From Octopus sinensis (lineage: Eukaryota), in assembly GCF_006345805.1 (NCBI RefSeq), contig NW_021832128.1, forward strand, positions 62,001 to 126,000: a DNA stretch of 64,000 nucleotides, written 5' to 3'. The notes beneath the pieces are model-generated. The model had not been told where the DNA came from. It saw only the letters and a program-made list of their open reading frames with translations, and did not search any database. The stretch's first letter is position 1. Each line of letters opens with the position of its first letter. Both the position numbers and the translations under genes were made by a program. Positions 35,870 through 49,485 of the stretch are shown in pieces.

Positions 35870-37720
35870 ATGAGGCTCCCTTACAATGGTGAAGGCATCC
35901 CACCTCGAAGAGGGAAACTCTGATATAAAACCAAGTCTTTGGTTGCCAAGGGTCTCCTTAACAGGGCTGTACTATCAGCAAACTCTGACTCATAGGGTAG
36001 ACTAGGCTCTCCAATTGTTTATAGTGGCTTGTCTAGGAGATGGAAACCTCTGGAGAAAAAGCCTGAGGTGTGTTGTTCTTGGTATTGTGGCACATATGTG
36101 CACCATATTTTTGCAATCATCACTTCCAAAAAGTGTGGCTGGTTCTACATAAGCCTTCAAAACTCAAATCAAATCATATGTGTGGGTGTTCTGACAACTT
36201 ACGTTTATTCATTCAATATGACACAGCTTCAACTTGCAAAAATCAAAAAGTCCTGGCGAGAGAGTGAAAGTGGCAGGAACAGGTAAAGAATATTACTAGA
36301 AGAGCTTGTGAGTAACTGTGCTGTCCATGTCCTCCGATGGTGACAAAGCAGGTTTATTTAGACACATCACTGCTTTCCCCAACAGAGGGAGGGGTGAGAA
36401 AAGGAGCCCCAAACATTGCTTACTCACCTTAAACTTGTTAGCCCACTGCAGCTATTTGGTTATTCAGTAACACAGTTGAAACATGAAGAAATCTAAGAAT
36501 ATTAACCTTGGTTCTTGGAATGTACACGCTCTCCAAGACAGTCACTCAGCACCAGAATGAAAAACAGCACTGGTTGCTCTTAAACTAAAGAAATACAACA
36601 TTGACACATCTGCACTCAGTGAAACTTGTCTTACAGGATCATCACAGTTAGAAGAAAGTAAAGATGGATACATATTTTTCTGTTGAGAAAGAAATGAGGA
36701 CAAGCCACATCACTCTGGTGTTGGTTTTGCCATCAAAACAAATAGATTCCTTTTTTTCTCTACCCAAAAGTATTTCTGATCGCATCAAGACACTAACATT
36801 GGAATTTGATCACAACACTTATGCTATGCTTGTCAATTGCTATTCCCCAACCATGGCCACCACCGAGCAGGAAAAGGATGAATTTTACAACCAGCACCCA
36901 CTTCAAACGACACAAAGCAAGGTTGTGTTATGGCTCCTGTTTTGTTTGCATTCTTCTTTTCAGTGATGGACTATTCAATCATCAGCGTTTCAAAGCCAGA
37001 ATACTGCTATGCACCAGTAACATTCATGATCTACTTTTTGCAAATGATGTTGCACTAGGAGTGATCATCTTAGAGGAAGCTCAGGAATGTTAGACCAGTT
37101 TTCTGCTGCATGTAAAGCCGTTGGTTTGACCAACAGCATAAAGACAGAAGTTATCCATCAACTTTGCCCTACTCCTTAACAAATATGAAGAGTCAAGCAG
37201 AGGCCACCAGTTCACAATTTTCCTGACACTCCTATACAGGTTGATGGAAAAAACCTAAATTATGTGAAGTTTAGCAAGTGTAAGCTTGGTGGAACTTAGA
37301 GCTTCCTTATGCAATCAGAATTGTGCTGGACTGGCCATGTCATCAGAATGAGTGACGAAAGAATACCTGGGAATGTTGGTCAACTATGGCTCAGATAGGA
37401 CAAGCTGAAAAGTAACCCCTTAGAAATGAAGATAGCTCACAACACCATTGAGCAAACAGCCTTGGAACAAACAAAACGGAGATTGTTATGTCAAAATAGT
37501 ATTAGAAACTTTGTTGCAACTTACATTAACGCCTCAGGGTGCAAGGCAAAAGAGAAAAGGTCTGCACTGACCTATAATCCTCATACTTGCAGCATCTGTA
37601 GCCTTCTTTGCAAATCATTGGTGGGACTTAAATGTCTCATTAGACATAAGCATTATAACTGACAGACAAAAAAGTACATTGTCAGAGCTAATCCATCAAA
37701 ACCAACGGAAGAGTCCATCA
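35870..37720 (+). mobile_element. Internally deleted RTE (BovB-like) LINE
   Basis: LGSWNV..APE.KTALVA..LKKYNIDTSALSET, VNCYSPT, then a jump to DLLFANDVAL and a C-terminal CSICS..CKSLVGLK.L.RH. Confidence 0.75.
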
Positions 37721-37843
37721 CATATATTACAAACCAATAGAATAAAATAAGTTTGCATTTTGAAGATTTTGAGTAAAATATCATCCGGGCCAATGGACAT
37801 TAAAGAAACTACATGTTGATTGATTGAGATTTTCCAACAGTCT

Positions 37844-39339
37844 GTTGAAAAATTCAAGGTACAAGTAGGGATTTACCAAAGATCAGTCCTCAACCCCCTC
37901 TTGTTCATCATAGTCCTCCAGGCAATAACAGAATTTTAAGACAGCCTACCCCTGGGAGCTCCTCTATACTGATAGCCTTGTTCTTATAGCTGAATCACTA
38001 TCAGAACTAGAAAAGAAATTTCAGGTGTAGAAGCAAAGTCTAAAATCAAAGGGTCTTAAGAGTTAACCTAGCAAAAACCAAAGTCTTAGTATGTAGAAAA
38101 GCAGACAAATCACAAATGCCTTCAAGTAGATGGCCCAGCTCAATCTGTAGGAAAGGTCTAGGTAGAAACTCTATAAAATGCACCCAGTGTAAGCTATGGA
38201 CACATAAGAGGTGCAGCAATATCAGAGGAAGGTCAAAAGAAAATAGTTTTTGTGTGTGGAAGGTGCACAGGTATAATAAGGACTAAAAATGTACAGAAAA
38301 TAGACTCCATCAAATGCCAGGCGAGTAAGCTAGAGATAGTTGATAGCTTCCATTATCTAGGTGACAAAGTCAGTACAAGTGGATGCTCTGAGAGCGTAGA
38401 TGTGAGAAAAGAATAGGCTGGGTAAAGATCAGAGAGCTCCTACCTCTGTTGGCAACAAAGGGCCTCTCCCTCAGAGTGAAAGGCACACTGTATCATGCCT
38501 ATGTGAGAACAGCTATGCTTATAAGCAGTGAAACATTGGCTCTGACTGTCAAGGAAATGTGTATGCTTGAAAGAAATGAAGTTAGCATGCATTGCTGGAT
38601 GTGCAATATCAGTGTGCATGTACAACAGAGTGTAACCGTTTTCAGAGTAAAGTTGGGTGTAAGAAGCATCAGATGTGATATGGAAGACAGGCAACTGCAC
38701 TGGGATGGTCATGTAATGTATATGAACAACGGACAGCTGTGTAAAGAAGTGCCAATCTCTAACTGTAGAGGGAACATGTGGAAGTGATAGACCCAAGAAG
38801 ACATGGGATGAGGTGGTGTAGCATCATCTTCAAATGTTGAGCCTTTGGTGATATGCCATGCTTGAGAAGACCCTTCAATCCAAGTGAAATCATAGTCATG
38901 CCTGATGCCAATGTCACGTAACTGGCACCCATGCCAGTGGCACGTAAAAAGCACCTTTTGAATGTTGGGCCTCACAGAGACAGTGAGGCTGATGCTGGTG
39001 TCACATAGCTAGCACCCACACCTGAACATTGGGCCTCACAGAAGAAATGACAAATGACTGAGACCTTTGACAATATACCATGCATGAGTAGAAAACCCAA
39101 TAAGCCAAGTAAAATCCTAGTCATGGCAGATACTGGTGTCACACAACTGGCACCCATATCAGTGGCATGCAAAAACACTCACTACATTCCTGGAGTGGTT
39201 GACATTAGGAAGGGCATCCAGTCATAGAAACTATGCCGAATCAAACTGGAATCTGGTGCAGCCCCTCAGCTTACCAGCCCTGGTCAGACCATCCAACTTA
39301 TGCCAGCATGGACAACGGATGTTAAATGATGATGATGAT

Positions 39340-39341
<2 letters not shown>
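37844..39341 (+). mobile_element. RTE LINE 3' part
   Basis: QGSVLNPLLFIIVLQA-like, ATKGLSLRVKG, 3' UTR and (GAT)n tail. Confidence 0.9.
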
Positions 39342-39385
<44 letters not shown>

Positions 39386-40169
39386 CAAACATATATATAC
39401 ATTTACACACCCATATATATATAAACACATACATATATATACATATATAGAAAACTTGAAAATATTAAAATTTATATTTCCGAAAAAATATGGATACCAT
39501 GAACAACTCTAGACTTTTCTCACAACATTATCAAGGTGATCCAAAATTAGTGAAATTCAAATCAAACATCTGAAATATTACCAGTACATAAATACCTACA
39601 AAAAGAACACTTAAAGCAAATTCAACCTGAGACATTGTTGTATGGTAACATAAGCGGATAATGAAAAAATTATAAAAATAAAAAATAAGCATATTTAAGA
39701 AAGGCTATTTTTGAATTCAACTGTTGGTGACATCAGTGGATAATGAAATAATAAATGATTATTCTTGAGATTGCTCCAATCTGGCCAGCCCCAAGGAAAA
39801 ACTAAGCTAAGAACATTAGATTCCTTGGAAGAAAGCAGCGAATGTACATAAAAACAAGGATGGAAAAAACGGACAATGTTACACAAATATAAATACAATA
39901 AAAAATACAATAAAAATAGTAACAACAGGTGTCTTTCAACTAAGGATGAATTGAATTAAGCTGGCACATGTGGAAATAGAGCCTTATGGCAGAGAAACAA
40001 AAATTTCACAAACATAGGGAAGAATATGTTGCAAGGACCACAGTCAGACCCAGAAAGAAAGAGCGAGCAGTCTGACTGATTTGGTCACGTGGCAAGAGAA
40101 GAGAGAGGAGTAGAAGCAGAGGGACAGAAGAATTAAGGAGGGGCAAGAAAAAATGACATATATATGAAG

Positions 40170-40268
40170 GCCTTTTTCAGTTTCCATCAACCAAATCCAC
40201 TAGAAAATGTGCCACGCAGAGAGACTAAACCCAGAACCATGTGGTTGAGAAGCAACCTTCTTACCACA
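40170..40268 (-). mobile_element. tRNA-derived SINE, internally deleted
   Basis: Minus strand TGTGGTAAGAAG (A-box-like)..GGTTCTGGGTTTAGTC (B-box-like)..GCGTGGCAC..GTGGATTTGGTTGATGGAAACTGAAA. Confidence 0.6.
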
Positions 40269-40302
<34 letters not shown>

Positions 40303-40608
40303 CAGCCACACCTATATATATATATACATACATTTTTTTGTTTTCATGAATTGCCTGTTTATATATTTTTGTGTATGTATATGTAAGTATAAGTACATAT
40401 GTGTAGGTACCCTCTCTACCAGTCAGTGTTGGGGTTTATTTCTCACTCATGTCACCATTTTTTTTTTCGCTTCTCAGTAAACAATTCACTTTATTTAAAG
40501 AGCTGGTTTCTAACCTAGATCCAAGGCTCCTTCATTGGGATTTCAATGACATCTACAGTGTACATTATTTACATTCGATGGATATTTGTCCTTATCTTGT
40601 TTGTTGTT

Positions 40609-40654
40609 AACACAACGTTTCGGCTGATATACCCTCCAGCCTTCTTCAGGTGTC
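40609..40654 (-). ncRNA. Minimal type I hammerhead ribozyme (family B), core intact
   Basis: GACAC-CTGAAGA-A-GGCTG-GAGGGTATAT-CAGCC-GAAAC-GT-T-GTGTT. 5-bp stems I and II, palindromic AACGTT stem III, GUU site, one extra A after A9. Confidence 0.75.
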
Positions 40655-40949
40655 TTGGGGAAATTTCGAACCTGGGTTCGAATTCCTAAGGTATTTTTCG
40701 ATGTTATTATTATTATTATTGTTCAGGTCACTGCTTGGAATTGAACTCAGTAGCTTGGAGTTAGTGCCATATGCCCATGGGCAATTATGGAGTGAATTTT
40801 AGGGCTTATAAATCTAATATTTTTCTATCCTTCCTTAATATTGGTTCCCATATGCTGCTCATATCTGCACTTGGTCTGCTTAGGAGGACAAATATCCATC
40901 AAATGTAAATAAGGTATATAATTCCTCATCTCTTAAATATAGAACTGTA

Positions 40950-41590
40950 TCTACGGGGTATTTTTGCGTATATGTGTGCAATATTTGGAGTCAGTGCATG
41001 CGCAGATATTTTGATGTTTTGTCTTGCATATACATATAGATTTATATGTCAAAACATACATATATATACTTAATGGTAAACTTCTAGAAATTTTAGAGAT
41101 TTATACAGATTTTTACAGTTCCAGTGATGGCTTGGGTCTGTAGTTTTCAAATCAGCTTCCTCCTTTCTGGTTGTGAGAAGCCTAATTTCTCAAGATTGGT
41201 GCTTAAGCAGTGTGTTCACATATCTCGCTGCCCCAATAATTACAAATATAAACCTGAATTCATAATCCAGGTAGAGTTACAGTAGACTTTTCAATAGTTC
41301 AGTGTAGGTATTTGCTTTTTACTGATCTTTAGCTTTATATTAACATTCACTGGGTAGCTGATGTCCACTACTGTGCATAGTTTCTCTTCTCTGTCCCAAA
41401 TCACTATGTCTGGTCTATTATATTTAAATTTTATTAAGGTTTTCACTGGAACAGTCCACCAGTACCCCTTTTTATTATGGGTAGCTACCATACTATGGAT
41501 TCTTATTTCTTTATCCTTTCAATGGATCTCATTATAAAGTGTTTTGGCTACATCATATCTCATCAGTAGATAATACCGTGATGACATATG
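40950..41590 (-). mobile_element. R4/Dong-like element 3' end (RLE domain plus 3' UTR)
   Basis: KYNRPDIVIWDREEKLCTVVDISYP (PD..D/E nuclease motif). Confidence 0.75.
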
Positions 41591-41666
41591 TATATATGTA
41601 TGTCATTATTCAGTTTTATTTCAAGATTTCTTGTCAACAGAGAAAGAGCCAGTTTCTAACCTAGAT

Positions 41667-43575
41667 CAGGCACGTAACTACGGCGGGGCTATGGGGTGCT
41701 CAGCACCCCCAGTTAGAATCTCAGCCCCTCCACCCCAGTATGAGAATTTGTTTTATCCACTTTTGAAATAATACATTGTGGCCACCTTTTTTTTTTCTCA
41801 TAAGCAATATCTGAAGTTGCTAAAGATGCAATAAATTGAATTTCTTTTGTTAGTGATATGAAAATGTGGGTAAACTGGTTAAAGTGTTTGTTGTAGCTGT
41901 AATTGTCATCGCAGAATTGGCTGCTGACCCAGTCATCAACTGTGGGTTGAATTAAGGAGTGGGTAATGCTGGATCAGTTGTTGTTGTTGTGGTGTTCGTG
42001 GTGGCGATGGCAGTGCTGATGATTGTCCTTGTTGCTGTTGAAAAGTATGTGAAGAATTGTTGCTGTAGTTAGAGATTTATGGTAATAAATGCATCACTAC
42101 ACACATATATATATGAACAGAGATGGACATTAAAAAGTCATTTTATTTCCACTAGTCAGAGAGGATTATTATTCACAAAAAAGGAAAGAAAAGTTTTGAA
42201 ATTTCCCAAAATATACATCTTTGAACAAAGTTTATACTGAAATTATTTTGTGCTTAACTAAAAAAGCATAACTTTGAAGAAATTGAAAAAAAAAATTGCT
42301 TGAACTGAAATCTCTTTCGAGTTTAATTTAAAAATACATAAATTTTAAGAAATTGTTACTCTTAACTATGATATTCTATCTTAGAATTAATTATTGCAAA
42401 TATCGGTGCCCAAAAATAATGAATCACTATTGAAAAAGAAAACTGAAGCAATCATTGCTGAATTTCCAATCTGATTCATCTAATAATGCTAAACAGAAGA
42501 GAATTGCAAACAAAGTTTCGCAGTTCAAGAGAGGTCTTGCAAAGTCTTTGATACCCTCATTGGATGATCTAGGACAGGTCGACTGCCAACCAGTGCAGCC
42601 AGTTCTAGCAAAGTTTGATCTAAAAATTTATGAAAATCAGAGACGTGACTTCTCGTCAAGTTGGTATACTGGTCGTTTATGGTTAGAGTATTCTCTTTCA
42701 AAGAAAGCCTTGTTTTGTTTTGCTTGTCAGCACTTTTATACTTCTGCTCAAGCTGATACTTGTTTTATTAAAAATGGATATTCTAATTGGCATCATGCAA
42801 AAGAAAAAAACAAAGGTTTAAATACGCACACAAACTCTGCATCCCATATCCAAGCTATGGTAACATGGAAGGAACGCCAACAGCATTTATCCACAATAAC
42901 ATCCATGTCTTCAATCTTGCAAAATGTTCAGTTAAGCAAAAACCGTTATTATATCAGTTCCATTGTTGATATTGTTCATTTTCTTTGTGCAAACGAATTG
43001 CCTTTTCGAGGAAGCGAAAATGAAGCTTTTCAGGATCTTTATTCAGAAAATGATACGTAGCCTTGTGGTCTTTTTATGAAATTATTCCAGTACACATTAG
43101 AGAAAGACTCAAAGCTAATGGAATGTTACAGCACGATTCAAAAAAATGCGACCTATACCTTAGCAGCAATGCAAAACAAAATCATTGAATTGTTGAGAAG
43201 ACACACTGTATATAAAAATAATGTTAAAGATTTGGCTGTTATCTCTAGCATGTAGAAAGACCTTTTAGGCTTAACTATGTGCTTGTTGAAAATCATTTTT
43301 AAAATATTGGAATCGATACATTCGACTAAAAATTCTTCGAGGTGATGCCACAGCATGGCCTCAGTTTAATGATTGCAACAAGTAAAATGAAAATAAAAAC
43401 GAAATATATCAGAAGTTTTGACCAGGTTAGGCGTCAAGAAATGTGAAAAAAAAAATGAAAAAATAGCCGAAAAATATAAGCATGGGGCCTTTGTCCACTT
43501 TCACACTTTAAGTAGGAGCTTTTGTCCGTACCCCTGTTCAGCACCCCCAGTTGCAATCGGCTGGCTACGTGGCTG
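41667..43575 (+). mobile_element. hAT DNA transposon, internally deleted (TTF-type zinc finger / ZMYM1-like transposase fragment, 42420-43200)
   Basis: Perfect 8-bp TSD ACCTAGAT at 41659-41666 and 43576-43583; TIR CAGGCACGTAAC / CAGCCACGTAGC; WLEYS..FCFAC..GYSNW..H..S.SH, ELPFRG. Confidence 0.9.
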
Positions 43576-44230
43576 ACCTAGATCCAAAGCTCCTTCATTG
43601 GAACTTCAACATCAACGGGGTATTTTTGTATGTATGTGTGCAGATTTGTATGCTTTGTCTTATGTAAATATTCTCATGCATATAGTTGCATACCTAGACA
43701 TTCATATATATATACTTAAATGATAAACTTCTGAAAAGTTTTACAGATTTTTACAGTTCCATTGATGGATTGGATCTGTAGTCTTTGAATCAGCTTTCTC
43801 CTTTCTGGTTTTGGGAAGACATTCCATCAGTACTCCTTTTTGTAGCTATGGCTTCCACCATATTGTGGGTTCTTATTTCTTTGTCCTCGGGGTAATCATT
43901 CTGACAGATCTTGTTATACAGTGCCCTAACTACAACATCATGTCCCATCAGTAGATAATACTGTAATGACATTTTCAGACAATTGCTTATGATATGGGTA
44001 ATATCTTTGGTGTTAACTGCACAAAGTCTGCATCGGTTGTCACATTTCGCTGCTTTTCCTGCATCTCTGTCCCTTTTGTGCATCAGGTATTTGATATTTC
44101 CTGATCCTGAATTGCAAACACATACCCTTCAAAGTAGGAAGTAGTAATCTGGTTGTTGGTCCATGATAGATTGCTTTGTTGATCAATGTTACTATCATCT
44201 CAGAGCTTTCTGCTAACATACCCATGCATG
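43576..44230 (-). mobile_element. R4/Dong-like fragment (CCHC plus 3' UTR); its extreme 3' end lies at ~41610-41666, left of the hAT
   Basis: KCDNRCRLC..DITHIISNC.KMS..YYL..GHDVV; 3' UTR continuous across the hAT TSD. Confidence 0.8.
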
Positions 44231-45627
44231 GTCTTCTGCTGATATACGTGTGTGTGTGTGTGTATGTATGCATGTATGTGTGTGCATGTGGATGTGTGTG
44301 TGTGTGTGTGTGTATATTTATATATATATATATTATATATATATATATATGTATGTATTTATGTGTATGTGGCTAGAGCTCATTCTAACCTGCTGAATCT
44401 GTGTATGTAAAATCCAAGGTTAACATGCACTTCTGTGTTGTAAGTAAAAGTAAGTATTTCAGAGAATTATGGGTTTTTCTCCTGTTTCTTGAAAGTTTCA
44501 CACACGCACCCAAACCACCCAACATAAAGAGTGAAAATATGGCATCTTGGACAATCTGTTTTCTAATAGATGTGTTATCTATTAGAATTTAGTTGGTGAT
44601 GTTACAACACAGGAAATACTTTTATGAATTTCATAAAATGCATTAGATAGTTTAACAGATCCAGTTTAACTTAGTTTTAAATTAATTGAAATCAATAATG
44701 CCATTTTACATCTATGTATTTCCCATTTTCAATAATTTACATTTCTTCCATGCATATTGCAATATTTTGGATCTTTGGTAGTTCCAAGAAACAAAAAGAA
44801 TGATTTACAACTTCATCTCTTATAAATTAATAAGGCACTAAAAGAGAATGACTCTCCCCAGACACAATAAAATAACAACAACAAAAACAACAACAACAAG
44901 TCATCTGTTATCATGACTATATTGTCTTTTTTTGACACAGGTCCTGTTGTCTCAGAAATTTTCACAACACAGAAATGCATGTTAAACTTGGGTTGGATTT
45001 TACATACACGGATTAAGCAGGTAAGAACAGAGCTTATAATATTCTCTTCTTCTATGGAAGGAAGAGTATACTGTAGTTGATTTCTTGAATGTTATCTTAG
45101 ATTTGAGTACAAGTAGGTACCAACCATTCTATAAACCCAGTGACAACCTCAAGTATATCAATTTTAACAGTCATCACTCCAAAAGTATAAGGAAATCTAT
45201 AGTCAATAATATTTCTACTCGCATCTCTAGATTATCTGTGATTGAAGAGATCTTTAGAAAAAAGAAAAAATTTTTTAATAATGCGTATATGAATGAAACT
45301 GGGATGAATATAAATATAAATGGAAGGCAGAACAGTAGTTAATGAGACAGGGAATAGTAGTAGTAACTAAAAAAAAAAAATTTTTTAAAACCAACCGCAA
45401 AGTGGGCAACTTAAGCAATAATAATAATAATGTCAAACCCGCTAAAGAAAATATAGTTAAACTCCCTAGCAAAAATTATAGCATAAGCAACAATTGACCA
45501 GGTATCAGAAATAGGAACGACCCCCTCAGAAATAAGAAAATACTGAATATGGGTAATGCAAACAAGAATAATAATATCAACCCCAGGGGTAAACACTGCA
45601 GTAGAAAGAATTGCTCTCACAAGATAA

Positions 45628-46011
45628 TCTCTCTATATATAAACGGCAGTTTGTCTGTGCGTGTTTCTGTGTGTCTGTTTGCTTGTACCCTCACCCTGAC
45701 CACGGCTTTCAACCGATTCTGATGAAACTTGACACACAAATAGCCCAATGTCATAATTCAAAACTAACGCAGCGAAAATTTTGAAAAGTTCCCCCAGTTC
45801 TGAAAAAAATCGATAAATTCGACATGGGGTCGAGAATCAGAAACACAAACCGCAAACTGTCTAGGGGACGCAACTCCACCTTTTTTAACTAAAAAAAAAA
45901 TTTACCATCATTTTTTTCCCATTTTTTTGCTATTTTTTGGCTATAACTCTCTAAAAATGCTTTATAGTTATTTCCCTTACAAACCTGAGCAACGCCGGGC
46001 GATACTGCTAG
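45628..46011 (+). mobile_element. Non-autonomous Helitron
   Basis: A|TC..TATATATAAA start; ends CCTGAGCAACGCCGGG-CGATACTG-CTAG|T. Confidence 0.85.
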
Positions 46012-46015
46012 TATA

Positions 46016-46465
46016 TAATATAATGAAATTATTGCATACAGTGCTCAGGTGCACCACAACTTGTCAAAAAGTGCGTATAAAGTATATGCAGTAATGTACA
46101 AATGTCTGGAAAGCGAACAGTGTTTGAGTCAGATACATGCTTGCATGTGTATGGAGGGGAGAAAGTCAGGTGTAGTGTTGGCGAATCTCAAGAAGCATGG
46201 AAGTTTTGAAGGATGCAGTGCTCCGACAACTAACAACTGATGCCGGCAGTCTGTTCCATGTTTCAGCAACTCTTAGTGTGAAAAAATGGGAGCTGTGCTG
46301 TTTTCTGACTTTGTAAACGTCCACGGGTGTTAGACAGGTGGAGTTTGAAAAGGTGCTCAGAGTTATTGTTTGTAAGATGGTTAATAATTTTATAGGTGTC
46401 TGCCAAGTCAGCTGCCAGACGTCGGAGTTTCAATGTGTCCATGCCCAGGGAAGTAAGGCGTTCAG
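46016..46465 (-). mobile_element. CR1-clade LINE 3' end
   Basis: RLTSLGMDTLKLRRLAADLADTYKII..TRG..FFTLRVAE.WNRLPASVV..STASFK; short 3' UTR with an ATT-type tail. Confidence 0.9.
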
Positions 46466-48466
46466 ATTAGACCAACTACTAATAATAATAGAACTAATAA
46501 ATCAAGGGCTACATTGTGGTATAATGCAATTCCAGGTAAATTTTTCGCTACTATAGATAAACATTTTCGTAAATTGGATATATACCATAAAATCTTTAAT
46601 AGACACAATATCAGATAGGTCTTTTCTGCCATCAAAAACTTAGCACAAATTATATTAGAATACTAGAGACAGCAATAAAGTAGTTAGTAGAAATGATAGT
46701 AATAGTACTCTTAATGATAACAACCATGAACATATAGCCAGCCTGAAAGGATCTTGAACGCCACAATTACAAACAATCACAAGGAAACGAACACGCAAGA
46801 GAAAGCAGGTAATGGAAGGGAGTCAACTGTTACATTTCTTAGAGAAACTAGACCAGGTACAGTAAATCGCTAGACATAATAACATGGGGACCCAAGACAA
46901 TAACCAGAATGTGAACAATAGTAGATCAATAGATACAGAAACAATAAGCGTATTTAACTCTGGTCCAATTAACATAGGTAGGATTAGAAAGAAAAAAAAT
47001 CTTTCATTGTGGAAAAAAAATTGTTTGCCTTAACTACTGAATGTATAAGGAAAAATTTAGTAAACCAATGTAAGATTCCTTCAGAAAGATATTCACACTT
47101 CTATATTGGTACATGCCTGATAAACTTCAAGGCAAGACTGGCAAACCATTTAATTTCATTTAAGGATAGCAAGAAAATGCATAACACTAGCTTAAGTGCA
47201 TTCATCTGGTCAGTTAAAAACAAGAAAACTAGCTTCAATATACAATGGGGAAAAATTGCCATAGATGTACCTTATATAACAGGAGGAAAAAGATGGAACT
47301 TACGAATAGAGGAAATACTCTATATTTTTACATCTAAACACCAATTGCCTAACAGTAGACAGGAACAAACCTTAAGATAATTGCACCTACATAGGAGAAC
47401 TTTTAAATACTTTCATGCAAGGACTGTATGAGTTAGTATCTTCCACACAAATAGGAGGTGTTTGTGTTTATAGGATAAATATCTAGTTTGACTTTCAAGT
47501 AGCAATCAGTCTTCACATTAAATCAAAATATCATTGTAATAAATCATAGCGCATATAGGATACAGAAACTGCATATAGTCAAAAACTTGATTGCACAGAA
47601 ACATTTTCAACTGCTCCCATAAAGAAGTTTTTCATAGCACATACATCTAATAGAATTTAATTTGATTTGATTCAATTTCATTTAGCACCTAGCTATTGTA
47701 CAAAACATGAAAAATAACAAACTCATAATCCAACTAAGAATACACTTTCACCTACATAGGGATTAGGACTCATTTCAAACCTAAACCTGAGGTCGGGATG
47801 AGGTCAACCACATAGTAATTTTTATAGCCATATCAAGTTTCTAAATCTACCTATCACTTCCTTTTTTTCACTCAAAAGCCATAGCAACCTAGCACAATAT
47901 GCTAACCACGCATAAATTCACTCATTCCACTTTGAACTACATCTTGGATCTTTTGTCTGGCTTTCACTTTTTGATTCTTTTAATTCTCTTCCAACTGATA
48001 TCAAATTTGGTGTATTGATATAGTTTTGTATGCTAATTGTGGAAATGAAATTCATTTTTGCCATAAATTGATAAATGAAAAGTTAATAGCTTTTAAAGCT
48101 GGCAAATTTGAGATAATTTTAGCCAGTCATAAGCCACAGACACATTGGTGCCTGTTTCCATTGTAACAAGTCAAAGTTATTGTCTGCTTAATACTACTAC
48201 AATCATTACATACCTATATACTGAACATTCACTTTTTATTTTCATAACAAAAAATGTATCAATTGTTTTTGTCAAACTTGGAATACTGATATCATTTTTC
48301 ACTCTGAATCTGATTTTGTTACTGATTTGTTCCAGAAAAACTTTAGAAAAATGTTCACTAAAAATATGTTACTAATTGATTAACCACAGGTCATCCAATG
48401 GTCAGACTGACAGTAAATGCCAACTCTACACCGTAAGTTTAACCCTAGACATTCATTCTAACCCTA

Positions 48467-49075
48467 GTAGGAGAAGTATGTTTATCATTCAGCTGTCGAG
48501 TGTCTACCCCTAAATACCCAGAAATTGGCTCATACTTGTTTTCTACAAGTGATCACATGACCTGTCACATGATGGTCAAGTCCTAGCTTTACATGGGCTA
48601 TCCAATTCCATCACATGACAGACCAGTCTAGGGCAAGAAATTATGTTGGTTTGCTGGAGCCCACCCACATGCTTAAAAAGAGGAATTTTTCCTACTTTTC
48701 TCCAGTGAGGTAGGAAGAACAGTTGAGTTCAGATCTCGGTAGAGAGAGGAGAGTTATTTTACAGTTAGCTTTGATGCTATACTTCTGTTCCTGTCTGCCA
48801 GCAAGAAGTCATGCTACATATTTCTGTTCCTGTTCTACCCTGCACACATCGCCAAATTCCAACTGCATGAGAAACAATATGTATATTTTCTTCAGACAGT
48901 ATCATTCAAGATGTACCAACATTTTCTGTACTGATTCATTTAGCGGTTGAATAAAGTGTGGCAGTCAATTGCAACTTGTTTTCTTGTATTTCTTTCCGTT
49001 GTTATACCTGATTCATTGGAACCAAGAAAGTGTAGTTATACCAGGGCCAGAGCTATGTGCAACAAACTCACTAAA
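48467..49075 (+). repeat. ~600-bp unclassified repeat, direct copy at 55342-55935
   Basis: Long colinear similarity; three TCACATGA motifs, two CTTCTGTTCCTG-like motifs, AATAAA. Confidence 0.85.
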
Positions 49076-49485
49076 ACTGGTGACCTTAGACCTATAACCA
49101 AGCTACAACCAGTTTTCATCTTATATAATGCTACTACTTCATTCTTTCACTGGGAAGCTAAATATTTTTTTATTAACAAAACCCTTCACATTCTTGAATT
49201 ATTGTCTGGGTTCAAGTGTTTAGACCATTATATGCAGTTGCACAAGAACTTTTTCTAGTTGAAAACACTGCCACAGAAACTGTTTTCTATCTTCAAGGGT
49301 TCTGCATGCAAAACAATGTTGACATTCAAATATTATCTCCTCCTACTACTCCTGTGCCTGTATAGTGTCTTCTACTTGCTCAAAATAGCAGTCAACCTGC
49401 CAGTAGAATTCCTTCATGCTAAGTATTTACCGTCTTTTGTGCTACCTTTTTAACCTGTCTTAACATCAGCAGTATGGCATTTACC

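Larger units (their letters stand above)
44900..47430 (+). mobile_element. Penelope-like element (RT thumb to GIY-YIG), interrupted by a Helitron and a CR1
   Basis: DFLNVILDLS...YQPFYKPSDNLKYINFNSHH; FYIGTC..FKARLANH..SF..TSLS.FIWS.K..LNSRQE-like. Confidence 0.8.

Noticed and set aside
42455-43060. ZMYM1-like host gene
   Set aside because: Lies inside TIRs and an 8-bp TSD and is truncated; it is a hAT transposase fragment
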